Shown here: piece after piece, positions 37,446-46,910 of the stretch
Numbering within the stretch: the first letter of the stretch is position 1
Layout: each line of letters starts with the position of its first letter
Assembly (NCBI GenBank): GCA_947626895.1
Contig: CANQTY010000004.1
Span: forward strand, 1-58,959
Length of the DNA stretch: 58,959 bases
Direction: 5' to 3'
Source: an uncultured Bacilli bacterium
GTDB lineage: Bacteria; Bacillota_I; Bacilli_A; RFN20; CAG-449
Program-made: the position numbers and the translations under genes
The notes under the pieces: generated by a model
Told to the model about the DNA's origin: nothing
Seen by the model: only the letters and a program-made list of their open reading frames with translations
Databases searched by the model: none

Positions 37446-40400
37446 ATGAAAAGAAGCAAACTTAATTTTGGAACTATTTTAAATGGTATTACTCTTTATA
37501 GTAGCTCTACACAAAACGAATATGGCCATGGTCATATTATTGATTTATATCATTCTCCTTATAAAAATGGTTTTAACATTCAATTAGTATATAACACGAA
37601 TAATAGTGATGGTGCACTTGGGAATGGTTATAAATGGATTTGGGATTGTCAAATTGGTCCTGATGGCGATAACATGATTTATACAGATGTTAATGGTGAA
37701 GAACACATATTTATAAAAACAACACGTAACGGTCAAACAATTTATAAAAATACACGACTTGGGGGAATTATTCGTTTAGTAAAAACAAACGAATATGTTC
37801 TTACTTTTGGTGAAGAAGAATATAAATTTACATTAGTATATAATATGCTTCGACTACAGCAAATTAACAAGGGCTCAAGAATACAATATGCAACAAGAGA
37901 TTCGTTTGGTGTGCTTCGTTCAATCACTAATTTAGAAACAATTTCAGAAAATATTACCATTTCATATAATGGTTCAAAAATTTATTATATTGAGATTGGA
38001 AAAGGCAAAGAATCAGACGAAGAAACCCTTGAAGAATGGGATATTCAAGCCGCCAAAATCGTATTTGGCTATGAGAGCAACGGAGATTTAAGCTCTATTG
38101 AAGTTTTAGCAAATTATTATGACAATTCTTCAAGAATCAAAAAGTATAAAATCAACGGAAATAAAGAATTTATTGATGAAATTAGAAACGAAACAGTTAC
38201 TCTTGAACTTGATATGTATAATAGAGTTATTGGTATTAAGAAACGGGATGATCAAACTAAACTAACGATTGGTAGCAAAAAAAGCACCTTAGTGACCATA
38301 GGAAAAGGGAATGTAACAAAATACGGGCAAAAGATTTACTACTATGATGATAAAAATAACATTAATTATGTTGAATTAGAATCTGGAAATGTTGAAATTA
38401 AAAACTATGATGAAGAAGGAAAAGTTCTAGAAACTGGAACAATCAATAAATTAGGTGACACTTTAAATGGAGAAAAATTATCAGGAAGTTATTATTATGA
38501 TTCTGAGCCTTACGAAGGACAATCTGTAAGTAGTTATATTATAGGGAATTCTGGGGTTCTTGTATCTTCTGGATCATCAATGATTCACAAAAATTATGAT
38601 AAAAATATTGAAATCGGTGAGGTTTTTACTGCTTTTATAGCTGTTAAACCACGAAATAAAATAAGCGGTAATTTGGGTTATTTTTTAGTCAATTTCAAAA
38701 ATGGTCAATATAGCGAACAACGAAGGATAGATTTATATTCGGTCGGTGAAGAATATTGTTTAGGGGTTGTTACATTAATTTCTAAAAACATAAATATTGG
38801 TATTGAAACAACTTTTTCATACTCTAGTACAGCAGATTTGGAGGTATGTATTGACGTTTATCAAAATGGTACAAGCAAGGGGTATGAATATAACCAAGAC
38901 GGAAAACTTGTCAGAGTTCGAGATAAAGAAGATGCAAATCAAAGTTATGACGAAGATTTAAAACTTAAATTTAGTCAAGGAAAACTTGCCAGTTATAATG
39001 CGGATAATAACATCATTGAAATGATTGATGATTATGGAAAGAAATATACAAACGAATACGGAAAAGAAGAAGAATTAATCTCATCTCGTGTTACAACTGC
39101 AGATGAAACGTATTGGTTTGAAAGAGAATATAACTCCAATGAATTTTTGTTGCGACAAGTAGATTATGGCGATTCCTCAAACGTCGGAGAAATAATTTGT
39201 ACCTCTGAATACCAATACGGATATCAACCTTATCAATTAACAAGAGAAAAGGTGCACAATATAATTAAGGAATATTCCTATAATTCAAATTATCAAGATA
39301 ATCCGAAAAGCATAAGTTCCGAAACACACAAAGGTAGTGATGGAAATAATGAAACAACGCTTGAATCTATTTCTTATACTTATAATTCGAAGCAAGAACT
39401 TACAAATGTTGGAGAAATTACTTATGAATATAACAAAAATGGACAAATTACAAAGGCTTTATATAACGATAATGAACTTGTTCAATATGTTTTTGATGAT
39501 ATCTATCAAAAAGATATCATCAAAATTGTTTCTTTAGGTGAAACTATTGAATATTCCTATGATGATAAACGAAACATTAAACAAACAAAAATTAATGGAA
39601 AAATTTTTGATTACAATTATGATGAATATAATAGATTAATTAACGTCACAAGTGATTTAAGAAACACAACGTATAATTATGAAGGGAAACTACTTTCTAA
39701 TTTAAATGAAGATGATAAGCAGTTTAAATATCAATACAATTCTAACGAGCAACTTGTTGGAAGAAATATCATAGGAAAAAACAATACATATCTAGAAACA
39801 GCTTCAAGAAACACTGGAAAAACGTCATCACAATTATTTGCGGAATTATCAAATAAAAATGAAAATATATATACAACTTTTTATGTACCAAACATTGTCG
39901 GTGATACCGATTATAGTGATTTCTTAATTAGCTATCAGGGACAAAAATATTTAAAGCCTGATGTAATTACAAAGGTAACTAAAAATGAATATGGCGCTAT
40001 AACTCCTGGAAATTTAAATATTAAAGAGACACGTGGATTATTTTATTATGACTTTTCATCGGCCTATGAAGCGCAGTATTCAATCAGCAATATTATTACT
40101 ACTCAAAACGATTTGAAAAAAATATCCTTTGGAATGATGTTTAAGGTCAATACAAGTTCAAAAGTGCGCTTATTAATGCTTATAGAATATGAAGATATTT
40201 CACGAAATATTGCCGTGGATATAGAAAACGGAATTGTTACTATTACGCACGATTTAACAATTACAACAATTGAAGAAAAAATTACACCAAATGAATGGCA
40301 TACTCTATTCTTCACAAATGACTCAAAGCAAAGAGTATATATTGATAGCATAAATATATGGCAAAGTTCTGGAAACACCTATCGATATAAATCATTTGCC

Positions 40401-42725
40401 ATTGGTGAATATCATAAAAATATCTTTATAACAGGGTTGGTATTTAGTCTAAATCAAGCCTTTTTACCTCGAGAATTAGAAGAAATTCATCGTGAAATGA
40501 AAGAGATTATTGATCGCTACAATGGAAATGGAAATGATAAATGTAAAGAAACAATTAGTACTATAATTGAACCTATGAATGATGCAGACACGCTTACATT
40601 AATGGATACTAATGTTTCAAAAAATGGTGTTAAATGTAAAATTACTTCATACGATATATTTGCAACATTTACACAAGATGAAGATCTAAAACGAAAGGTA
40701 GTAAATGGTAATAAGGAAATTGAATATACAGAGTTATTAAGTAATCAACAAGGTGCTATTCAATTTTATGCAAAAGTTAAAAATGTCAATATTAGTAATA
40801 CAATTTTAACCTTAGAAGATACTAATTCTTCTAATAAAGTCGAATTAGTTATAGAAAATAAAGTACTAAAGTGTAAGGGTTTTGGCGAAGAGCGCGAATT
40901 AGTAGATTTAACTGATAAAGTAAATGATCAATGGATAGGTTATGGATTATCCTTCGGGGATGCAAGAGGAAGTTTGCAAGTTGGTATTTACTATCAAGAA
41001 GAAAAAGTCGGTACATTTTCCTTCTTTAATCAAATGTTTAAAGGAAACCTAAAACTTATCTTTAACAAATATGGAAGAAGCCATATAGGATTCCATGATA
41101 TTGGCATTTATACGGAATATTTAAATGATTATAAAAAACGAAATTATATAATACAAGAGGATTATGATGCCTTTGGAAAACTTATTTCTAGAACTTTTGA
41201 TGGTTCTCTTACAACCAATTATTACTATAATAAAGGATTTTTATCTCACATCGACAATAAATTTCAATATGCATACGATGAGAATAAAAATCTTATAAAA
41301 ATTACAAACAATTCGAATAACGAAATGGTTTCTTATACTTACGATCAATTCAATCGATTAAGTAAAGAAGTAAATACAATCTTCTCAAGTGGTGAAACTA
41401 TTACTATTCAATATGAATATGATCCAAGAGGTAATCGAACGAAGAAAATTCGCAATAATGTAGAAACAATTTATACATATGATAGTAATTATAAAGATCG
41501 TCTAAATAATGTTGGCAATGAAACAATTCAATACGATGAAAATAATCCTTATTTTCCTATAAAAATAGGAAATAACACCTATAAGTGGAATGGAAATAGC
41601 TTAGAAAGTATTACAACAATTAATGAAACAATTGAAAATCAATACGATGAAAATCAAAGAAGACTGACTAAAAAAATCTCTTCTGAAAATAAAGTTATTA
41701 AATTTTATTATGACTTAGATGGACATTTATCTATTGAAGATAATGGCCAAGGAGAAATTCAATATTTATATGATTCAAAAGGAGAACTGCTAGGTTTTAA
41801 TTATCAAGATTCTCTTTATTTCTATGAAATTGATGGTCAAGGAGTCATTAAAGAAATTTATCAAATTAGCAGTAACACCAAAAATGTCGTAGCTAAATAT
41901 TACTATGATGGTTTTGGTTGTATCTTAAGAAAAGAAGGAGACGAAAATATCCTAAAAATTAATCATATCTTATATAAAGGATATTACTACGATGAAGAAA
42001 CCGAACTATATTATTGTGAATCTAGATACTATAGTCCTTCATTAGGTAAATTTATATCTCCAAATAAGATAGGTTTTTTAGATTCTCATAATTTTAATGG
42101 ATTAAATCTTTACACATATTGTGCAAATAATCCTATATTTTATAAGCAAAGCAATACTTCTTCTAACTTGGCATCATCCATTTTAGATGTAATGAATATC
42201 ATAAATCCAATAGATAATGATTTTCTAAAATCCAACTCGATTATAGCAAATGGAGCGTTTAGAAATGGTTTGTTCTTTGGAAACGGAACTATCATTGGTT
42301 TATATTCTACTAGTAGTGAAGGAATTAAAAAAGATTTAATTGATAAATCATGGCAAGTCAGCAATTTTAATCAGTTTTCTGCATTACGTGCAACTGGTCA
42401 AATAGGAATTGGAACTGATAATTTCAATGTTTCATTGCTTGGTTTTGGAGCTTACAATTCTACATCTTTATTCACAGGAATTGCTTTTGATAAAGAAAAA
42501 AATAAGTATATTGTTGGATTTGAAGCAACTACATCACTATTTTCTTTCGGTGGTGCATTACAATTTGAATTAATGGGAGCACAAATTGAATTAGGAGTTT
42601 CAGTAGATGCTCTTTCCTTTGGCCTTCAATTTTACATAGGTTATGATAATGGAAAAATATATATCAAAGATGGATTATCAGCATTATTTGGCATTGAAAC
42701 ATATATTGTAATTGATTTATCTTAG
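37446..42725 (+). CDS. RHS/YD-repeat polymorphic-toxin-like protein (1759 aa) with internal LamG-like inserts and novel C-terminal domain
   Basis: ATG 37446 lies 8 nt after AGGAGGG. There are many YD repeats (YTYDQFNRL, YEYDPRGNRT, YLYDSKGELLGF, YYYDGFGC). The RHS core closes with RYYSPSLGKFISPNKIG...NLYTYCANNPI. A roughly 190-aa Gly-rich tail follows. Confidence 0.88.
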   Translation: MKRSKLNFGTILNGITLYSSSTQNEYGHGHIIDLYHSPYKNGFNIQLVYNTNNSDGALGNGYKWIWDCQIGPDGDNMIYTDVNGEEHIFIKTTRNGQTIYKNTRLGGIIRLVKTNEYVLTFGEEEYKFTLVYNMLRLQQINKGSRIQYATRDSFGVLRSITNLETISENITISYNGSKIYYIEIGKGKESDEETLEEWDIQAAKIVFGYESNGDLSSIEVLANYYDNSSRIKKYKINGNKEFIDEIRNETVTLELDMYNRVIGIKKRDDQTKLTIGSKKSTLVTIGKGNVTKYGQKIYYYDDKNNINYVELESGNVEIKNYDEEGKVLETGTINKLGDTLNGEKLSGSYYYDSEPYEGQSVSSYIIGNSGVLVSSGSSMIHKNYDKNIEIGEVFTAFIAVKPRNKISGNLGYFLVNFKNGQYSEQRRIDLYSVGEEYCLGVVTLISKNINIGIETTFSYSSTADLEVCIDVYQNGTSKGYEYNQDGKLVRVRDKEDANQSYDEDLKLKFSQGKLASYNADNNIIEMIDDYGKKYTNEYGKEEELISSRVTTADETYWFEREYNSNEFLLRQVDYGDSSNVGEIICTSEYQYGYQPYQLTREKVHNIIKEYSYNSNYQDNPKSISSETHKGSDGNNETTLESISYTYNSKQELTNVGEITYEYNKNGQITKALYNDNELVQYVFDDIYQKDIIKIVSLGETIEYSYDDKRNIKQTKINGKIFDYNYDEYNRLINVTSDLRNTTYNYEGKLLSNLNEDDKQFKYQYNSNEQLVGRNIIGKNNTYLETASRNTGKTSSQLFAELSNKNENIYTTFYVPNIVGDTDYSDFLISYQGQKYLKPDVITKVTKNEYGAITPGNLNIKETRGLFYYDFSSAYEAQYSISNIITTQNDLKKISFGMMFKVNTSSKVRLLMLIEYEDISRNIAVDIENGIVTITHDLTITTIEEKITPNEWHTLFFTNDSKQRVYIDSINIWQSSGNTYRYKSFAIGEYHKNIFITGLVFSLNQAFLPRELEEIHREMKEIIDRYNGNGNDKCKETISTIIEPMNDADTLTLMDTNVSKNGVKCKITSYDIFATFTQDEDLKRKVVNGNKEIEYTELLSNQQGAIQFYAKVKNVNISNTILTLEDTNSSNKVELVIENKVLKCKGFGEERELVDLTDKVNDQWIGYGLSFGDARGSLQVGIYYQEEKVGTFSFFNQMFKGNLKLIFNKYGRSHIGFHDIGIYTEYLNDYKKRNYIIQEDYDAFGKLISRTFDGSLTTNYYYNKGFLSHIDNKFQYAYDENKNLIKITNNSNNEMVSYTYDQFNRLSKEVNTIFSSGETITIQYEYDPRGNRTKKIRNNVETIYTYDSNYKDRLNNVGNETIQYDENNPYFPIKIGNNTYKWNGNSLESITTINETIENQYDENQRRLTKKISSENKVIKFYYDLDGHLSIEDNGQGEIQYLYDSKGELLGFNYQDSLYFYEIDGQGVIKEIYQISSNTKNVVAKYYYDGFGCILRKEGDENILKINHILYKGYYYDEETELYYCESRYYSPSLGKFISPNKIGFLDSHNFNGLNLYTYCANNPIFYKQSNTSSNLASSILDVMNIINPIDNDFLKSNSIIANGAFRNGLFFGNGTIIGLYSTSSEGIKKDLIDKSWQVSNFNQFSALRATGQIGIGTDNFNVSLLGFGAYNSTSLFTGIAFDKEKNKYIVGFEATTSLFSFGGALQFELMGAQIELGVSVDALSFGLQFYIGYDNGKIYIKDGLSALFGIETYIVIDLS

Positions 42726-42733
42726 GAGAAAAT

Positions 42734-43282
42734 ATGAAATTAATGCATCCAAATACAAACATTGTTTGTACTCATTATTTTTGGGGGAATCCCTTTAAAA
42801 TTAAATTTAGAAAGCATTATTGCTATAAATGTGGAAGGCGATTAATCATTGTTGATCATCGTCAAGATGAAAATCAACCATATAATGCTACACCAGAGTA
42901 TGACTTTATAACTCCTGTCACTGAATTAACTCATTTTAATAAATTCGATCATGATGTCTTTTATTGCCCAGGATGTGATGAATATACAGAATTTATTACT
43001 CAAACAAGTATGGAAGACATCGAAATCATCGCCAAAAAAGTTATCAAATACTTTAAAAAAAGAGGAAGAACCATCAACATACAAAGATGTTTTGAGACTA
43101 AGGAAGGTAAAATAGTAAAGGTCTGTGATTTAAAAGATGCAAAAAATATGTGTTTGCTTATAGAGGAAGACGAAAGAGATTCCATGCTTTTTCCGATTCC
43201 TATTATTCAATTAAAAGAGCTAGCAAAGCCATATGAATTCCAACTAAATAAAAAAGATTTAATTCAATTTATCGAAACTTGA
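42734..43282 (+). CDS. Putative cognate immunity protein, zinc-ribbon containing (182 aa)
   Basis: It starts 8 nt after the RHS stop, behind TAGGAGAA. It has two CxxC pairs (CYKCGRR, CPGCDEY). The immunity call rests on position only. Confidence 0.45.
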   Translation: MKLMHPNTNIVCTHYFWGNPFKIKFRKHYCYKCGRRLIIVDHRQDENQPYNATPEYDFITPVTELTHFNKFDHDVFYCPGCDEYTEFITQTSMEDIEIIAKKVIKYFKKRGRTINIQRCFETKEGKIVKVCDLKDAKNMCLLIEEDERDSMLFPIPIIQLKELAKPYEFQLNKKDLIQFIET

Positions 43283-43381
43283 TATACAAAGATAAGAAAA
43301 GCAATAGCATACCTTAAAAATAGCCTTTGAATTATTAAGTCCTAGTAATAATCATCGACATAATTCTTGAAAATTACGAAA

Positions 43382-43409
43382 GGTGTTCTAAATTCGAACA
43401 TCTTTTTTT
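43382..43409 (+). terminator. Rho-independent terminator of the RHS-immunity unit
   Basis: GGTGTTC-TAAATTC-GAACATC followed by TTTTTTT. Confidence 0.65.
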
Positions 43410-43546
43410 GTTACTAACCTAAACAATTTCTTTTATTCATGGCAATAATAGATGTTTTATGTATCACTTTTAAGTCTTAAACTCCTTTGATGAGATAAAA
43501 ATTAATATAATGTACTAACTTTATTTTGATTTTTATAAAGAATTAC

Positions 43547-44512
43547 TCATTCATGAATAATACTTAATGCATGATAAAAATCTTCTTCTTTTTCCATCTT
43601 TGTTAAAGCAATACGAGTTTCTTTTGAATAAGCAAAACCTTTAAAATATAAAGGAGCTACAGAACGTAATTCATGCAATGCTTTATATTCTCCTTTTAAG
43701 TCTTTTAAAGCTAAATAATGTTCTATACATAATTCTTTTTGTCTTTCTAAAGTTGGATTTGGTAATAAAATATTTTCTTTTAAATAAGTATCTATTCGCT
43801 GAATGATACTAGGATCACCAAGTGATGCTCTTCCTATCATCACAAAATCTGCATGAGTTTCATTTAATACTTCTTTAGCCTTTAAAGGAGAATCAATATC
43901 ACCATTTACCGCTAAGGGGAGATGGATCACCTCTTTAATTTTTTTAGCATATTCATGATTTGCATTTCCTTTATAAAAATCTTGGCGAGTTCTTCCATGA
44001 ATTGCTATTAAAGAAACTCCTGCTCTTTCTAATCTTTTAGCAATTTCTATGCAATTAATCGTATCTTTAGACCAACCTAAACGTATCTTAGCAAAAACAG
44101 GTATAGGAGATATTTGTACTAAAGAAGTCATCATGTCTTCAAGTTCATCTTCTCTTCCCTTTATTAACCAGCTAGAACCTGCTTTACCTTTGACTACTTT
44201 ATTTACAGGACAACCTAAATTTACATCTAAAAAATCACATTTTGCATTAGATAATAAGATTTTTGCACCTTCTAGAAGCGTTTCTTTTTTGCCTCCAAAA
44301 ATCTGTAACGCGACAGGATGATCACTAGGATCAACCTCTAGCATAGAAAGCGTTTCTTGATTATGATAAATTAAAGCACAATCTGAAATCATTTCTGATA
44401 CACAAAAAGCGGCACCTAAACGCAAAAGCATTTTTCGATATGCCGTATTTGTATAACCCGCTAATGGGGCAGCAATCACTTGCCCTGAAAGTTCTACATT
44501 TCCTATTTTCAT
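43547..44512 (-). CDS. dusB: tRNA-dihydrouridine synthase
   Basis: 321 aa, Dus family. Motifs APLAGYTN, DVNLGCP (catalytic Cys) and HGRTR. Confidence 0.92.
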   Translation of the reverse strand: MKIGNVELSGQVIAAPLAGYTNTAYRKMLLRLGAAFCVSEMISDCALIYHNQETLSMLEVDPSDHPVALQIFGGKKETLLEGAKILLSNAKCDFLDVNLGCPVNKVVKGKAGSSWLIKGREDELEDMMTSLVQISPIPVFAKIRLGWSKDTINCIEIAKRLERAGVSLIAIHGRTRQDFYKGNANHEYAKKIKEVIHLPLAVNGDIDSPLKAKEVLNETHADFVMIGRASLGDPSIIQRIDTYLKENILLPNPTLERQKELCIEHYLALKDLKGEYKALHELRSVAPLYFKGFAYSKETRIALTKMEKEEDFYHALSIIHE

Positions 44513-44532
44513 TTGGATAAAAAAGAAAGAGG

Positions 44533-46644
44533 TTATTCCCCTTTCTTATCGTCTTTCTTTTGTTCGACTTCTTTTGCACCTTCGAATGGTAAAGAATCAA
44601 TATCAAGATCTTCTATATTCTTTTTTTGTTCGACCTTTACTTCTTCTTTAGCAGCAACATCTTTTTTAAGATCTTCATCAGTAGGAAGTCTTCTTTCTTT
44701 AAGCAAGAAAGCAATTTGTTCTGCATTTAAGGTTTCATTTTCCATCAATGCATTAGCGATTAATGTAACATCATCTTTATTGTCTTTGATGAGTTGCACT
44801 GCAGTTTCATGAGCTTTTTCAACAATAGCTCTAATTTCTTTATCGATTTCAAAGGCTACTTGTGCAGAGAAATTCTTTTGATTTGAAGTATAATCTCTTC
44901 CTAAGAATACGGAATCACTATTGCTTTCATATTGGATAGGGCCTAAAGGAGACATACCATATTGAGTGACCATTGCTCGGGCAATTCTTGTTGCTACTTC
45001 AATATCGTTCGAGGCTCCTGTAGAAACATCATCAAAGAATACTTCTTCGGAAGATCTACCACCTAAATATCCAACGATACGAGCAAATAATTCATCTTTT
45101 GTAACTAAGAATCGATCTTCTTCTGGAGTCATTAAGACATGACCACCTGTCCTTCCTCTTGGAACGATAGTAACCTTTTGTACCACATCACTATGAGGGT
45201 AGCGAAGACCAATCATCGCATGACCTGCTTCATGGAACGCAACAGTACGTTTTTCATGGTCTGTCAAACTTCTTGTCGTTTTTGCAGGACCTGCAATACG
45301 ACGATCGATAGCTTCATCAATTTCTTTTGTAGAAATGATATTTTTCTTATCACGTACTGCAAGAATTGCAGCTTCATTTAAGACGTTTGCAAGATCTGCC
45401 CCTGAGAAGCCAACGGTTCTTTTAGCAATACTTGCAAAGTCTACAGAAGAATCAATCTTTTTATTTCTAGCATGAACCTTCAAGATTGCTTCACGACCAT
45501 TTTTATCTGGTAAGTCAACAGTAATTTGTCGATCGAAACGTCCTGCTCTTAAAAGCGCAGGATCAAGAACATCTTCTCTATTGGTCGCAGCGATGACGAT
45601 AATTCCTGAATTATCTTCAAAACCATCCATTTCCACTAATAACTGGTTCAATGTTTGTTCACGTTCATCGTTTCCACCACCAAGACCTGCTCCTCTTTGT
45701 CGACCAACGGCATCGATTTCATCAATAAAGATTAAACATGGCGCAGTTTTCTTAGCGACTTTAAACATATCACGAACTCTACCTGCACCAACACCGACGA
45801 ACATTTCAACAAAGTCCGATCCAGAGATGCTATAGAAAGGAACTTGAGCCTCTCCTGCAACCGCCTTGGCAAGTAATGTTTTACCTGTTCCAGGAGGTCC
45901 AACAAGGAGAACACCTTTTGGAATTTTAGCTCCAAATTTAGAATATTTTTCAGGTTGTTTCAAATAATCAACGATTTCCACCATTTCGGCTTTTTCTTCT
46001 TCACAACCCGCAACATCATCAAAGTGCACTTGTGAAGCATCTTCTCTTCTTGCTCTAGATTTATTAAATTCCATCGCCGAATTATTGGATTTATTAATTG
46101 AGGATCCAAGACGAGAAATTAAAATTCCTCCGATGATTAAGATAGCTACAATATAGATAATGGTTGGTAAGAAATCCATAAATCCATTGGAAGCATAAGG
46201 ATCCGTTCTAGAAAGATTACTAGAATTATAATAAGCTTGTTGGGTATCAATATTAATTCTACCCGTAATAATGGCATCAAGAACTTGCCAGTTTTCTTCT
46301 GTATTAGAAATCTCAGAATAGAATCCATAATGGACTGCTTGTTGATTGGCATTTACTGTAGCAAAAGTACCAGATAAAGTAATACGATCACGATAAGTTG
46401 CAATATTTAAGGTTAAAATATCTTCTGTCCATAAGAAAGAGCCTTGAGCGCGTTCTCCAACAGATTTTTCTTCAGGTTCTCCAGCAGTGTTATATTCATA
46501 ACGTGACGAAACCATATCTTGTTCAGATATCGTCACTTGATCCATTCCACTTTGACGACCCCAGAAGAAAATGATAACGCCAATAATAGCGATAATAAGC
46601 AAATACGGGGTAATATAGGCAAGCCAGTTGTTTTTCTTTTTCAT
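44533..46644 (-). CDS. ftsH: ATP-dependent zinc metalloprotease FtsH
   Basis: Two TM segments flank a long extracytoplasmic domain. Walker A GPPGTGKT, the SRH, and the zinc site HEAGHA. Confidence 0.97.
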   Translation of the reverse strand: MKKKNNWLAYITPYLLIIAIIGVIIFFWGRQSGMDQVTISEQDMVSSRYEYNTAGEPEEKSVGERAQGSFLWTEDILTLNIATYRDRITLSGTFATVNANQQAVHYGFYSEISNTEENWQVLDAIITGRINIDTQQAYYNSSNLSRTDPYASNGFMDFLPTIIYIVAILIIGGILISRLGSSINKSNNSAMEFNKSRARREDASQVHFDDVAGCEEEKAEMVEIVDYLKQPEKYSKFGAKIPKGVLLVGPPGTGKTLLAKAVAGEAQVPFYSISGSDFVEMFVGVGAGRVRDMFKVAKKTAPCLIFIDEIDAVGRQRGAGLGGGNDEREQTLNQLLVEMDGFEDNSGIIVIAATNREDVLDPALLRAGRFDRQITVDLPDKNGREAILKVHARNKKIDSSVDFASIAKRTVGFSGADLANVLNEAAILAVRDKKNIISTKEIDEAIDRRIAGPAKTTRSLTDHEKRTVAFHEAGHAMIGLRYPHSDVVQKVTIVPRGRTGGHVLMTPEEDRFLVTKDELFARIVGYLGGRSSEEVFFDDVSTGASNDIEVATRIARAMVTQYGMSPLGPIQYESNSDSVFLGRDYTSNQKNFSAQVAFEIDKEIRAIVEKAHETAVQLIKDNKDDVTLIANALMENETLNAEQIAFLLKERRLPTDEDLKKDVAAKEEVKVEQKKNIEDLDIDSLPFEGAKEVEQKKDDKKGE

Positions 46645-46772
46645 TTGCCACCTCCATGAATTCTTTTGACAATTTAAGTGTATTCTTGAAAATTTAAATC
46701 ATACACTTTCTTAGTTTTTGCTCTTTTATGATTATTTACAAAAAAGCTTTTAAAGGTAAGGTTATAGAAATA

Positions 46773-46800
46773 AATATATCACACATTTTAGCACTGTCAA
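46773..46800 (-). promoter_or_regulatory. ftsH: Sigma-A promoter of ftsH (TTGACA-N16-TGaTATATT)
   Basis: On the minus strand, TTGACA (46800-46795), then extended -10 TG-A-TATATT (46781-46773). The -35 element lies inside the CIRCE spacer. Confidence 0.55.
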
Positions 46801-46814
46801 TATATGAGTGCTAA
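46788..46814 (-). promoter_or_regulatory. CIRCE element (HrcA operator)
   Basis: The minus strand reads TTAGCACTC-ATATATTGA-CAGTGCTAA. This matches 17 of 18 arm positions of the consensus TTAGCACTC-N9-GAGTGCTAA, with an exact 9-nt spacer. Confidence 0.8.
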
Positions 46815-46910
46815 TTTTCTTATTTTCTTAGTATCTAAAGATACTTAAGAATCAAAAATATTGTATAAAGATGTGGGATAAAAAGCAACAATAATCCCTA
46901 GATTTAAAAA

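Noticed and set aside
44361-44812. Small ORFs at the dusB/ftsH junction (81 aa minus strand, 99 aa plus strand).
   Set aside because: They overlap the well-supported dusB and ftsH coding regions in other frames. Their Ser/Phe-rich composition is typical of off-frame translation of AT-rich genes. The same applies to the other short overlapping ORFs in the track, for example 491-679, 5147-5437, 7813-8742, 12167-12415, 14576-14827, 22377-22885, 26743-27084, 45139-46352 and 50206-50595.
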